DNA of 64,000 bases from Octopus sinensis. Taxonomy: Eukaryota. Position numbers and translations under genes: made by a program. The notes under the pieces were generated by a model. That model saw only the letters and a list, made by a program, of their open reading frames with translations. It was not told the origin of the DNA and searched no databases. Location: NCBI RefSeq assembly GCF_006345805.1, contig NC_043007.1:6448001-6512000 (forward strand), given 5' to 3'. Shown here one piece after another: positions 52,490 to 63,140 of this stretch (position 1 is the stretch's first letter; the number at the start of each line of letters is the position of its first letter).

Positions 52490-52598
52490 GTGTATGAAGA
52501 ATGTCGACAAGAAGGCGCTGGCGTCTTATAGAATTGTCATTAGCTGCCTTATATTATGTTAGATTCAGGAAGTAGGTTTTACCGAGGAAGGTGACAAG
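52490..52598 (+). CDS. Candidate first coding exon with signal-peptide-like ORF interrupted by one TAG: MKNVDKKALASYRIVISCLILC*IQEVGFTEEGDK|
   Basis: CAG|G acceptor at 52489, ATG 52494, TAG 52560-52562, donor AAG|GTATGT at 52599 (phase 0). Confidence 0.3.
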
Positions 52599-53034
52599 GT
52601 ATGTATCTTAATTAACAGTTGATTCGATAATTTGTTGTCATCGGTACTACGTGGGTCCATCACATTCTAAGAAGGAAATATAAAGTAAGCAGTGATAACG
52701 AATGTGGACTTGGTAAGTTATCAACCTTTATAACCTCCAGGTTCTGGACTCGGTGAAATGTATTCTCAATGTCGCAATGCATCATTCTGTATGAAATATA
52801 TAAGAGCTACCTGAACATAAAATCCTAGTTCCTCTATGTTTACCTATCTCTCACCTACTCTTTGCTTCGCTTTCAAGCCATACATCTCCCCGTCACCACC
52901 CACCCTGTCTTCGGAGATGTTTTCTCTTTTCTCTTTTCTCTCTGCATGTCTCTCCTTCTTTCATCACTCTCGCTCTCTTCCTCTATGCAAAGACTAATAT
53001 CTAACTCATTAGATACTCAGAGTTGAAGCATCAG

Positions 53035-53303
53035 TGTAACCACAATGTCCTGATTATATGCAGGGCTACCGATGAAGGAGGTCGGCCGACCGATCTGTGA
53101 GGTGATCGCCGAGTGGTGGTTTATTAACTGGGGCGAATCGTTCGGTACGTATCGATCGCCACGGCAGCCTTTGAATGAGGATAGTGTCAGTCGGGGAGTT
53201 TTCTCTGGGCGGTAAATCTGTCGAACAGTAATCTAAGTGTTCTACTATAAACTCAGCGTGGACGGCTTCTATACGTCAAGCAGAATGCTAAAAGTTCGAT
53301 ACA
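53035..53303 (-). mobile_element. Candidate solo LTR-like GC-richer island
   Basis: Ends TGTAAC...GATACA (TG...CA); AATAAA on the minus strand at 53125-53120; no TSD found. Confidence 0.3.
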
Positions 53304-53603
53304 TTTCGATTCTCAATATACACACATGATCACATGCACGCACGAACACACACGCCCATGCACACACACCCAAACACACGCACACACGCAAGCAAACATT
53401 CACACGCAAGCACATACACACATATTTAAACGTGATTATCGAAAGGTGAGAATGAGTTTACAACACAGCATTGGAGGATAAATATTGTTTGTACGTGGGA
53501 TAAACAGGCTACCATTCACATCACTCTCAACATGAAACCAACGGCAGTCTTGTATGACGACGAATGAAGTATATATATATATATATATACATAAGTCTAT
53601 ATA

Positions 53604-53649
<46 letters not shown>

Positions 53650-53657
53650 ATATATAT

Positions 53658-53918
53658 ATGAAAGAATGGAGCTGAACGACGAATTAACAAAATTCCTTTA
53701 TTTTCGACATATGTTTCGAAGGCTGCATATTCCTATGCAGCTTTCGAAACATATGTCATATATTTATATTTTTAAAATAAACATACAAATTTCCACACGA
53801 AAGCATGTAATCTATGCCCTAGGCACGTAACTTCAAACGTGTTTTTTCTGATGTGAATTTGCTACCCAGGTATCGGTTAATTCGAATTATCCTTAATAAG
53901 ATAATTCATTCAACTACT

Positions 53919-53957
<39 letters not shown>

Positions 53958-54090
53958 GTGTCCCTTTCTGTAGAAGAGCGTAGGCTCGAACCGTAAAAGA
54001 CTTTTCTATTCCTGAGCGTCATACAAATACGTCTGTTTGTTTTGTACACCACCTGTCTTCGTCTTTTGTTTTTTTTTTGTAAACTCTCCC

Positions 54091-54138
<48 letters not shown>

Positions 54139-54411
54139 ATATATATATATATATGAAAGAATGGAGCTGAACGACGAATTAACAAAATTCCTTTATTTTC
54201 GACATATGTTTCGAAGGCTGCATATTCCTATGCAGCTTTCGAAACATATGTCATATATTTATATTTTTAAAATAAACATACAAATTTCCACACGAAAGCA
54301 TGTAATCTATGCCCTAGGCACGTAACTTCAACGTGTTTTTTCTGATGTGAATTGCTACCCAGGTATCGGTTAATTCGAATTATCCTTAATAAGATAATTC
54401 ATTCAACTACT

Positions 54412-54448
<37 letters not shown>

Positions 54449-54587
54449 GTGTCCCTTTCTGTAGAAGAGCGTAGGCTCGAACCGTAAAAGACTTTTCTAT
54501 TCCTGAGCGTCATACAAATACGTCTGTTTGTTTTGTACACCACCTGTCTTCGTCTTTTGTTTTTTTTTTGTAAACTCTCCCTATATG

Positions 54588-54590
<3 letters not shown>
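53658..54590. repeat. Tandem duplication, ~493-bp period, each unit with a 24-bp hairpin and a family A element
   Basis: ATGAAAGAATGG at 53658 and 54153; units differ by 1-bp homopolymer indels (CTTCAAACG/CTTCAACG, GAATTTGC/GAATTGC) and microsatellite length. Confidence 0.95.
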
Positions 54591-54629
<39 letters not shown>

Positions 54630-54631
54630 TG

Positions 54632-54686
<55 letters not shown>

Positions 54687-55699
54687 TGTGTGTGTGTGAT
54701 TGCTGTTTGAATGTATAGTGAACTCAAAAATCACTCTTTCGAAAACATGTAGAATTTCAATCAGAGAGTTGTTTTATGATGAGGACGATGGTGATCACAT
54801 GCAAAGGACATAGAGATGATTTTTCTATCTTCTCCAAAGCATTTGCGTTTTATACCAACATAAAAAAAACCAGACAAATATGACGTACATTCTACCATTT
54901 GGGGAGGCCTGTGTAGCGTGACATTTTCGTGGGAGGAAAAAGACTTCAAGTGTCGGACAGCTGTGTGTATGTACATACACACGAACACACACAAACACAA
55001 ACACAAACCCAAACACACACACAAACACACATAGTTTTATGTGCTTGTTTTACGATAATATCCACAGTAGAGACCCAATAAAGTTGAAGCAGCAGGTTCA
55101 TGAATATTCCATTTCGTTTCGTCTGTTGTGTATTTTTTCACCTTCCATATTTTAATCATTTTAAGCCGATCTGAACTGCTCGGAGGTTTCTGGGATTCAC
55201 AAACAGATAAAATTATTGACTAAAAGTAGAAACGAGTCAAGTTTCACTTTGCCTAGAGTTGTTTAGATAAAAATCAACTCGTTTTTCAATAAAAGAGAAA
55301 CAAACAAACAAATGAAAATATATATCTTTGATCTTCTATCGATTGTTAATTTTTATTTATTTACGTGTTATTAATTTTCTTAGTTGACTTTTTTTTGTAT
55401 CTCCACGTATTTATCTCTTGTTAGGAAATTGTTCTATAGTTACAGAGAATTCTGCTCGCTACCGAAACATTTCGATATTTTACAAAGATTGATATTGTCA
55501 AAAAGATGTGTTACATCATACCATTAAAAAATGTCTTTGGAAATTTTACTAAGCCTGTTTTAATGGAAATTAAATCAGATACGTTATTCCAGACCATTTT
55601 TGTTATGCACTGCTTTGTAGCTGTTGAGGGAAGCTATAACCAGGTGTATTCCAGGCGTAACCGGAATATTGGAACATAGTGTATATATATATATATATA

Positions 55700-55960
55700 A
55701 CATGGCAGTCCAGAAAATAGGACAAATGTTGCCGTCGATTATCTCCAAGGTGCTATCGCCTCTAGCTAGCTATGTGACATACGAGCCTGTGTCCATTATA
55801 ACCTTCGAACAGGGGAGGTCAGCCGCTTCCCCTTGCTGGTCTGGCATCTACAGCCTAGTTTCAGGGTATTTGCCTCTTGTCAATGTAGAGCAGCCGAACC
55901 AGGTAGGTGTCGCTACTAACTGTCTGTTAACGCATAAACAGGGCCCGAAAGAGTGTTTTA
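55700..55960 (-). mobile_element. Very decayed RTE LINE C-terminal fragment
   Basis: Mixed frames give RHL..WFG...IDKRQIP...GKRLTSPVRRL...STLEII...FWTAM, resembling RTE RHLRWLGH..RM...RIP...GKR..GRP..R. Confidence 0.4.
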
Positions 55961-55982
55961 AGATACATGGTATATTTTATAG

Positions 55983-56068
55983 ATATGCCTGTTCAAGTAT
56001 CATAATAAGATGAAATTATATATACATATGAATAGTTTCATGTTATTCTGATACTTGAACAGGCATAT
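55983..56068. repeat. 86-nt hairpin, 36-bp arms (33/36), 14-nt loop
   Basis: ATATGCCTGTTCAAGTATCA-TAATAAGATGAAATTA / TAGTTTCATGTTATTC-TGATACTTGAACAGGCATAT. Confidence 0.9.
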
Positions 56069-59000
56069 TCGAAATCCGCCTCTCACTTCCATACAGAAAA
56101 GACCGATTGAGTTCATGTCCATCTTACATATATCTTGGTTGATCCATGTATAGATAAATAGGGAGTGTTTTCATCATGGATGTTTTATGGGTAAGGCGAT
56201 TATTAAGGGGGAAGTTTTTATCATTAGATTTTCAGTTTGATGACAAAGCAGGGATTTCACAGTGAGAATGACTGGACAAAATTTGATAAGATAGGCAAAT
56301 TCTTGATTTGGAAGGGGAAAAAACATGAGGATACCATTATTGAAGATGAAGAAAGTACAAGAAAGTGAAAGGGGGCGTTTCGGGTTATGTGAGTGTTGTG
56401 TGTTCGTATGAGAATCTTTTCCAATCAGCTTTTTCATTTTGTCCTGGGTATTTCTGTATGTTGCAGAAGAGTTTTAACAAAGAGTAAGTCAGTAACCTCA
56501 TGCGGATCCTTCATGTGCTTTATAAAATATAACTGCAAAGAACCGAGCCATTTTCTGGCTTTGAGAGGAAGACTTAAGTTTAGAATATTTAGATAAAATA
56601 TGTCTACAGTCTTAAAGATGATAAAAGTAACATTTGAAGCTGCACCACAAATTTAGTTGTCTGTCCTTCATTAACAGTAAGAGTATTATGTGTATTTTTT
56701 AAATTTTTTACATACATAGGGATTGTTTCAGTGATAAAGGATGAAGCCACATAACCACAGTTTCTCATTTGAGGATGTCCAAAGGAACTTAGCGAGATAT
56801 TTGTTGCGCATTGCAAATCTGCATGGGACATCTTGACTGTGAGGAAATAACCAATGATCCCTGTTACAAAATGCTAAGATCTAAAGGGTACTATCATCTC
56901 CGTAGGAATGTGCTTTATAATGTAGAAAAGAGAATGCTTAAGAATTATGCCGAAATGCTAAGGTACAGTAGAGACGAGTGAAAATGAGATTGAGATTTTT
57001 TTATCGAGGTACAGAACGACGGTGCGGCTTCAAAAGCCACATTCTAATGAATAGATGATGAAGGAGAAGAGATAAATTGTGTGAGCAAAAGAAAGTAGGG
57101 GGTGGAGAGGGCGTTAAACAATCAAGAAATTCAGTGTCGAGATTATATTTTCAAGGACTTCGTGGAAAATTTGGACATGATACTTTAAATAAGATTGATA
57201 AAACAAGCACGTGATTTTAAAATGCAATTCAATGAATGGAATGGATCTACAAAGAGCTCCAATGTAATCGATCATATGGAGAGAGCCATCAATACGGTAG
57301 ATATAGTAATTAAGATAATGAAAACGATCATCCTCAACATTGATATATTGTGAGAGAAAGAAATTAGTCATTGCTATCGAAAAGAGTATCGTATATATGG
57401 ATGTATAATATACAAGGAATCTCTAGAATATATCATATCGATATAAATATTGATACATCATTACCAGTATATTATTGAAAATATTCTGACAACGATATGT
57501 ATTATCAGTAGCATATTCCATATTATTAGTTAATTATTTGATAACATATCATCCTTCTTCGGAATATGTTTCCCTATATTTCTTCACCTCGATTTACTGG
57601 AATGCATTTGGGAGATAAGAATCACGAAAAATGTGTTTATTTTAAATATGTCCTCCATTATGTTTCATTACATTTAATCTAATCTCGCTATCTAATTATA
57701 ACGCACATAATACATAGAAATATATTGAATACCTGCCCATGTATTCACTTGTTCGCGTGCACAAAATCAGGTGTATATACTCATATACACACGATATATA
57801 CGCAAAATCAAAATCACGCACAACTAACATTTTTTTCGCCCCACGCACAGTCAAACCTAACACAGGCTTAGTGATAAGCCTACTAAACCATAACACCGAA
57901 TGCGCATACACGCTGAACATCAATCACATATCCATAGAAATTCCACACAAATGTGTACACACACACAAAATATCTTATATCTGTATGTGTAAACAGACTC
58001 GCAGAGAAACAACTCACAGAGAAATAAACACTACACTCACACAAGCGCAAGGAATCACACACATAGAATGAAATAGCAAATATATAAACATCCATACGCA
58101 CAACAAACACTCACAAACACAAATATTATATAACAGTGAAAATCTTTGAAAGCTACTTGAAATGGTGGCAAATTATGAAAAAATATATATTTTGCTAATG
58201 GATCTTATCAGTATGTTTTCCCTCTTCATGTAAAGCAGTGAAGGAAAAAAATTAATGTTGTGAAAATATTAAATCATCCTCATTAAGTTACATAATTAGA
58301 TTTGAAAGTTTTGGGTAAAGTATTGGGAAATATTCTCGTAGATATATTAATAGAGTTCTAATTTGGAATACATATCTTGGAAGTAAGAAAAATATTTTGT
58401 AAAACATTTTGTGAAAAAAACATTTTAAATGTTCGTTTATTTCATTATCTCAAATAGTCTTAGTTATTGGTTGTAATTACGTTCGTATTTAGGGTGTAAT
58501 AACCAATTATAAATCTCGACTGTAGTAATGGACTAATGTTATTTTACACTGACTTTGAGGAAGGTTAAAAGTGAAGTATTACTGAATTTGCGATTGAAAG
58601 CGCAACATATAATGATCGTAACTAAATAACATTTTGTACGTCTAACAATTTTGTAAATCTACCAGACAGGAAGAAGAACACGAAGAATGTATGTGAAGGC
58701 GTGCACTCGGGGGGTATACGCAAGGCGAGCAATGCAATTATCTTCTTCGCAAAAAGTGGCGAACGAGAAGAATTGTTAGAGGGTTGGACCAATTGCCTTG
58801 GGCATTTCTAATTTCTAATCTCGCAGAAGTCAAATTTTGCTTTCATCACATCACCTACTAATCAACATAATGAAATTGTCCCCTCTCCTAAAAACTGCTG
58901 CCCTTTAGTTGGAATTAAAAAGAATTTCTTCGAAAAGTGGTTATAAACATTTTTTTATACGACAAAAATAATTTTTGCATCTTTTTATGGAGACAAAAAA

Positions 59001-59369
59001 ATTTATAAGACTGTAAAAAAGAAGTTCTCAAATGAGATTGAGACAGACATAAAAAAAACACTGATTAGAGAACAGACAACAAATTCGAGTTAACGACTTT
59101 AAATTTCAGCACGCTTCCATACATTTGATCATATGGAAATATTACGATCGCTTTTAACATATAAAAGAATACGTATATAAAAGATACACAGAAGATAAAA
59201 AATATATATGCGAATAAAAATACAAATATATAGAACGGCCTATCAAGAGGGTATATACATTTGCCTAAGCATGTATTCATTCACGTATCTATCTTTCGTC
59301 TTCTTTCCTTCTCTCTCTCTCTCCCTCTCTCCGTACACACACAAACACACATTTATATATGTATTTTAC

Positions 59370-59524
59370 ATATTGTTTCTCTCCTTGTTTTTTCTGTGTC
59401 CCTTTCTGTAGAAGAGCGTAGGCTCGAAACGTAAAAGACTTTTTCCATTCCTGAGCGTTATACTTATACATCTGTTTGTTTTGTACACCACCTATCTTCA
59501 TCGTTTGTTTTTTTCGTAAACTCT

Positions 59525-59527
<3 letters not shown>
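59370..59527 (+). mobile_element. Family A (TA)n-flanked mini-element (best-preserved copy)
   Basis: Homologous to 50423-50618 (reverse), 53956-54090 and 54447-54581. Confidence 0.8.
59398..59439 (+). ncRNA. Minimal type-I hammerhead-like motif (family A)
   Basis: CUUU-CUGUAGA-A-GAGC(GUAG)GCUC-GAAA-CG-UA-AAAG: helix I CUUU/AAAG, helix II GAGC/GCUC, palindromic helix III ACGU; A6U core variant. Confidence 0.45.
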
Positions 59528-59587
<60 letters not shown>

Positions 59588-59593
59588 TTTATT

Positions 59594-59680
59594 TTTATTT
59601 TATAGAAGGAGCTTCTACAGGACTAGAACCGTTTCATTCAAATGAAATCAGTCCTGTAGAAGCTCTTTCTATAAAATAAA
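59594..59680. repeat. Hairpin, 31-bp arms (30/31), 25-nt loop with inner TTTCAT/ATGAAA stem
   Basis: TTTATTTTATAGAAGGAGCTTCTACAGGACT ... AGTCCTGTAGAAGCTCTTTCTATAAAATAAA. Confidence 0.92.
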
Positions 59681-59855
59681 TTAATTTACTCTGCTATGTA
59701 TTGAGTACCTTATTTACTGTGGTTAACCCCGACTCAACCCGGGACCTACATATATATATATATATATATATAGTTATGTCTGGAGAGAGTCATTCTCTTT
59801 TAGCGCCTTCCTATTTAACTCACTCACCGTTAGAGTTTCCACTCATTTATTTTCC

Positions 59856-59892
59856 CTAAAATTTTCGTTGCGTCTTACAACCTCTTCATTAA
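59856..59892 (-). ncRNA. Minimal type-I hammerhead-like motif (family C)
   Basis: UUA-AUGAAGA-G-GUUGU(AAGAC)GCAAC-GAAA-AU-UU-UAG; palindromic helix III AAUU; C3A variant; sister copy at 30760-30796. Confidence 0.35.
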
Positions 59893-60174
59893 TCGTTGAT
59901 TCTGTCCATTATCTGAGCTGCGTTTTTTTTTGTTTCTTTGTGCGCACGTGTGTGGGTCAGTGTGTGTGTGCATACACATATATGTATGTATGCATCGAAG
60001 TGTGTGTATGCATATATGTGTGCGTTTGAGTATGTATATATATATATATACACAAGGGTAATACATGAGTACCTATATCGCTAATGATAGAAGTCAAAAA
60101 ATACTTCTGTACCACCGAATAGTCACAAATCTTTTACAGACAAGATATTTTACCTATCTTCCTATATATCATGC

Positions 60175-62374
60175 TATGATCATCGCCAATCTGGCTCTTG
60201 CGGGCAACAAACACCTGAACCATCTCCAATCTGCTTCCTTCGATTGGAAGAGAGCAGATTGGAACCTGTACCACACTGAACTACAGCACCCAAACTGGCG
60301 TGAATTCTACAACTCTGGAGATGTGAATACTATACTCCAGAGTATCCTGGACTCAATATGGGCAGCATGTGCAGCATTAGTGCCACGTAAACAAAAAAAG
60401 AAGAACCGCCCCAAAAGGGCAATTTGGGAAACTTCAGCGGTCCGACTTGCCAGGAAGGAACGTCGGACTGCTGAACAGGAATACAAGTTGCATAAATCAG
60501 ACACCAACGGGAAGAAGCGGAATAAATCCTCCAACCATCTCAAGCAAGTGACAAAAAATGCAGTGCTTGAATTTGAACAGTGCATAGCAGCCAATCCTGA
60601 CAGCAAGGTTTTCTGGAAATATGTGCATTCAAAGCAGAGACCTCACTCTCCAGTGGGCCCTCTTCGCAACCCTCACACGAACCAGATCACTGACGACCCC
60701 AAGGAATGCGCAGAACTCATTGCCGAGTGCTATGCAAACATATTCACTGTCGAAAGTCAAAATGTACCATCTTCACCATCACTAACAGCAAACTCCATAA
60801 CAACTATGGAATTTACACCTGCAATGCTGCGACGTCACCTTCAAAACAAGCGCAACTATGCCTCCCCTGGTCTCGATGGAGTTACATACCTGCTTCTCAA
60901 ACGTGGCAGGCACTTCCTTTTACACCAGCTTTCTATTTTCTTCCAGTACTGTCTCAACAATGGTGCTACTCCGGAGCAGTGGAAAACTGCCAGTGTCATT
61001 CCTCTGTTCAAAAAGGGTGACCGCACATCACCTGTCAACTATCGCCCAGTCAGTCTCACTAGCTGTATTGCAAAACTGATGGAATCGTGCGTCAGAGAAA
61101 CACTCTGGAACTTCTGGAGCTCTCACAGTCTCATCCGACCCTCACAATATGGATTTGTCCCTAATTCCAGCTGCAGTGACCAGCTTGTCGAGTTCCTTGA
61201 GGACATTACTCAGATCACTGACAGTGGCTCATGGGTGGGTGTTGTCTACCTTGACTTTGCTAAGGCTTTCAACTATGTGCCACACAAAAGGCTTATGGTG
61301 AAACTCTCTGCAATGGGTGTGGGGGATGACCTTTTTAACTGGTTGAAATCCTTCATCCTCAGCCGAAAGGAGGTAGTCACAGTTCTAGGACAGCACTCTA
61401 CACCATATGAGATGTCATCGGGTGTACCACAGGGATCTGTCCTTGGTCCCCTCCTGTTTGTGGCATACATAATGACATAGATGCCAATTTAAAGAATGCC
61501 ACAGTATTGAAATATGCAGACGACATCAAGCTGTACCTTGAAATCAAGAGGACTGATCCTGATGTCTACAACTCTTTCCTGCAATCAGACCTAGACACAA
61601 TGCAGCAATGGATCACAGACTGGCAACTGAAACTGGCTGTGGACAAGTGTACCACCATGCATTTTGGGAGAAAAAACCCTGCGTCCACATACTCCCTCCA
61701 CAACACTGATATCAAGAAATCCTCTTGCGAGCGTGACCTAGGCATCACTGTCAGCAGTAATTTGCGTTGGACAAAGCATATCTCTAAAATTGTCAAGAAG
61801 GCCGAGGGTGTCTTGGCATCACTCAGCAAGACTTTTGTTAGCCGCTCTCCAGCCATCTATTTAAAACTGTATACAGCTGTGGTACGACCACACTTGGAAT
61901 TCGCATCATCAGTTTGGAATCCCTATCTTGCTCAGAACATTGACCTCCTGGAATCTGTCCAGAGACGTGCAACCAAACGCATACCCTCCATCAGACACCT
62001 ACCATATTCTGAGCGCCTTGTTTCCCTGGGCATGGATTCACTGAAGCTCCGGCGTCTGGCGACGGACTTGGTAAACACCCACAAGGTTATCAACCACCTC
62101 ACCAACAACAACACTGAACACCTTTTTGATCTCCATGTGTCTAACACACGTGGACATGCCTACAAAGTCAGAAAACAGCACAGCTCCCATGACATTCGGA
62201 AACATTTTTTCACCCTCAGGGTTGCTGAAGCGTGGAATAAACTGCCTGCATCAGTTGTTGACTGCCATGACACTGCATCCTTTAAGGCCCTCATGCTTTC
62301 CGAAATCCGTCGAAACTACACCTGATTATATATACACTTTAGATGAGTTGTAGTGCACCTGAGCACTGTACACA

Positions 62375-62392
<18 letters not shown>
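60175..62392 (+). mobile_element. Young 5'-truncated CR1-group LINE: end of endonuclease region, full RT and C-terminus, 3' UTR, (ATT)n tail
   Basis: SPGLDG, NYRPVSLTS, QYGF, VYLDFAKAFNYVPH, SGVPQGSVLGPLLF, YADDIKL, TRGHAYK, FFTLRVAEAWNKLP; stop 62323-62325; tail near 62379-62392. Confidence 0.95.
60178..62325 (+). pseudogene. LINE ORF2 split by a single 1-bp deletion at ~61471
   Basis: TACATAATGACATAGATGCC; adding one A gives YINDIDANLKNATVLKYADDIK, joining ORFs 60065-61480 and 61507-62325. Confidence 0.9.
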
Positions 62393-62406
<14 letters not shown>

Positions 62407-62741
62407 TGCATGCATATATATACACGCACATGCATACATATATATATATATATATATACATACACACACACTAACGCTCACACAAACATACACACACACT
62501 CACACATATATACTGATTTAATCAGATTTTATTTTCTGAATTGACCCTGAAGTCAATTCGATCAAGTGGCGATGTTTATGCTGACCATTCTTCAGTTTGC
62601 CTACCATGTCAGTATTTTTACAATTCACCTCGAGCAACGCATGACAGTGTCATCCGATGTTTACGTACGAAGTGAAGATGAGTAAATGATGACGGAGACG
62701 GGCAGAAGTAAAAAACAAACCGAGACCTGAATTATATAAAG

Positions 62742-62815
62742 GGGCGCATATGTGGTTGTGAGGTTATGCACATTGTTTCTGAACCTGTGGGTTTCGTGTT
62801 CGATCCTAACTCTCG
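62742..62815 (+). mobile_element. Decayed tRNA-derived SINE head
   Basis: GGGCGCATATGTGGTTGTGAGGTTATG...GTGTTCGATCCT with A- and B-box remnants. Confidence 0.35.
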
Positions 62816-62865
62816 AAAAACGTGGACACAGTTGATCAAGAACTATACGGAGGAAGAAAAGTGAG

Positions 62866-62925
<60 letters not shown>

Positions 62926-63072
62926 GTGTGTGTGTGTGAGTGTGTGTGTGTGTTTGTGTATACTTGTGAGTTTATGTGTGTGTTAAATATAAACACGAAT
63001 ATATATATGCATGCGTGTATGTATGTATGTATGTATGTATGTATGTATGTATGTAGTATGTATGTATGTATG

Positions 63073-63140
<68 letters not shown>

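Noticed and set aside
53062-53100. CCGATGA plus palindrome as a hammerhead
   Set aside because: Too many extra nucleotides before the helix, and GATC instead of GAAA
56467-56483. 17-nt micro-exon (TTGCAG|AAGAGTTTTAACAAAGA|GTAAGT)
   Set aside because: Good splice signals, but such short matches are expected by chance in 64 kb of AT-rich DNA; needs RNA evidence
59621-59655. Loop of the 31-bp hairpin as a hammerhead (minus strand CTGATTT...GAAACGG)
   Set aside because: G8/A9 missing, and helices I and III cannot be formed in register
60065-60175. N-terminal part of the 471-aa ORF as LINE protein
   Set aside because: Flanking DNA read through by chance; LINE-like residues begin only around MIIANLAL
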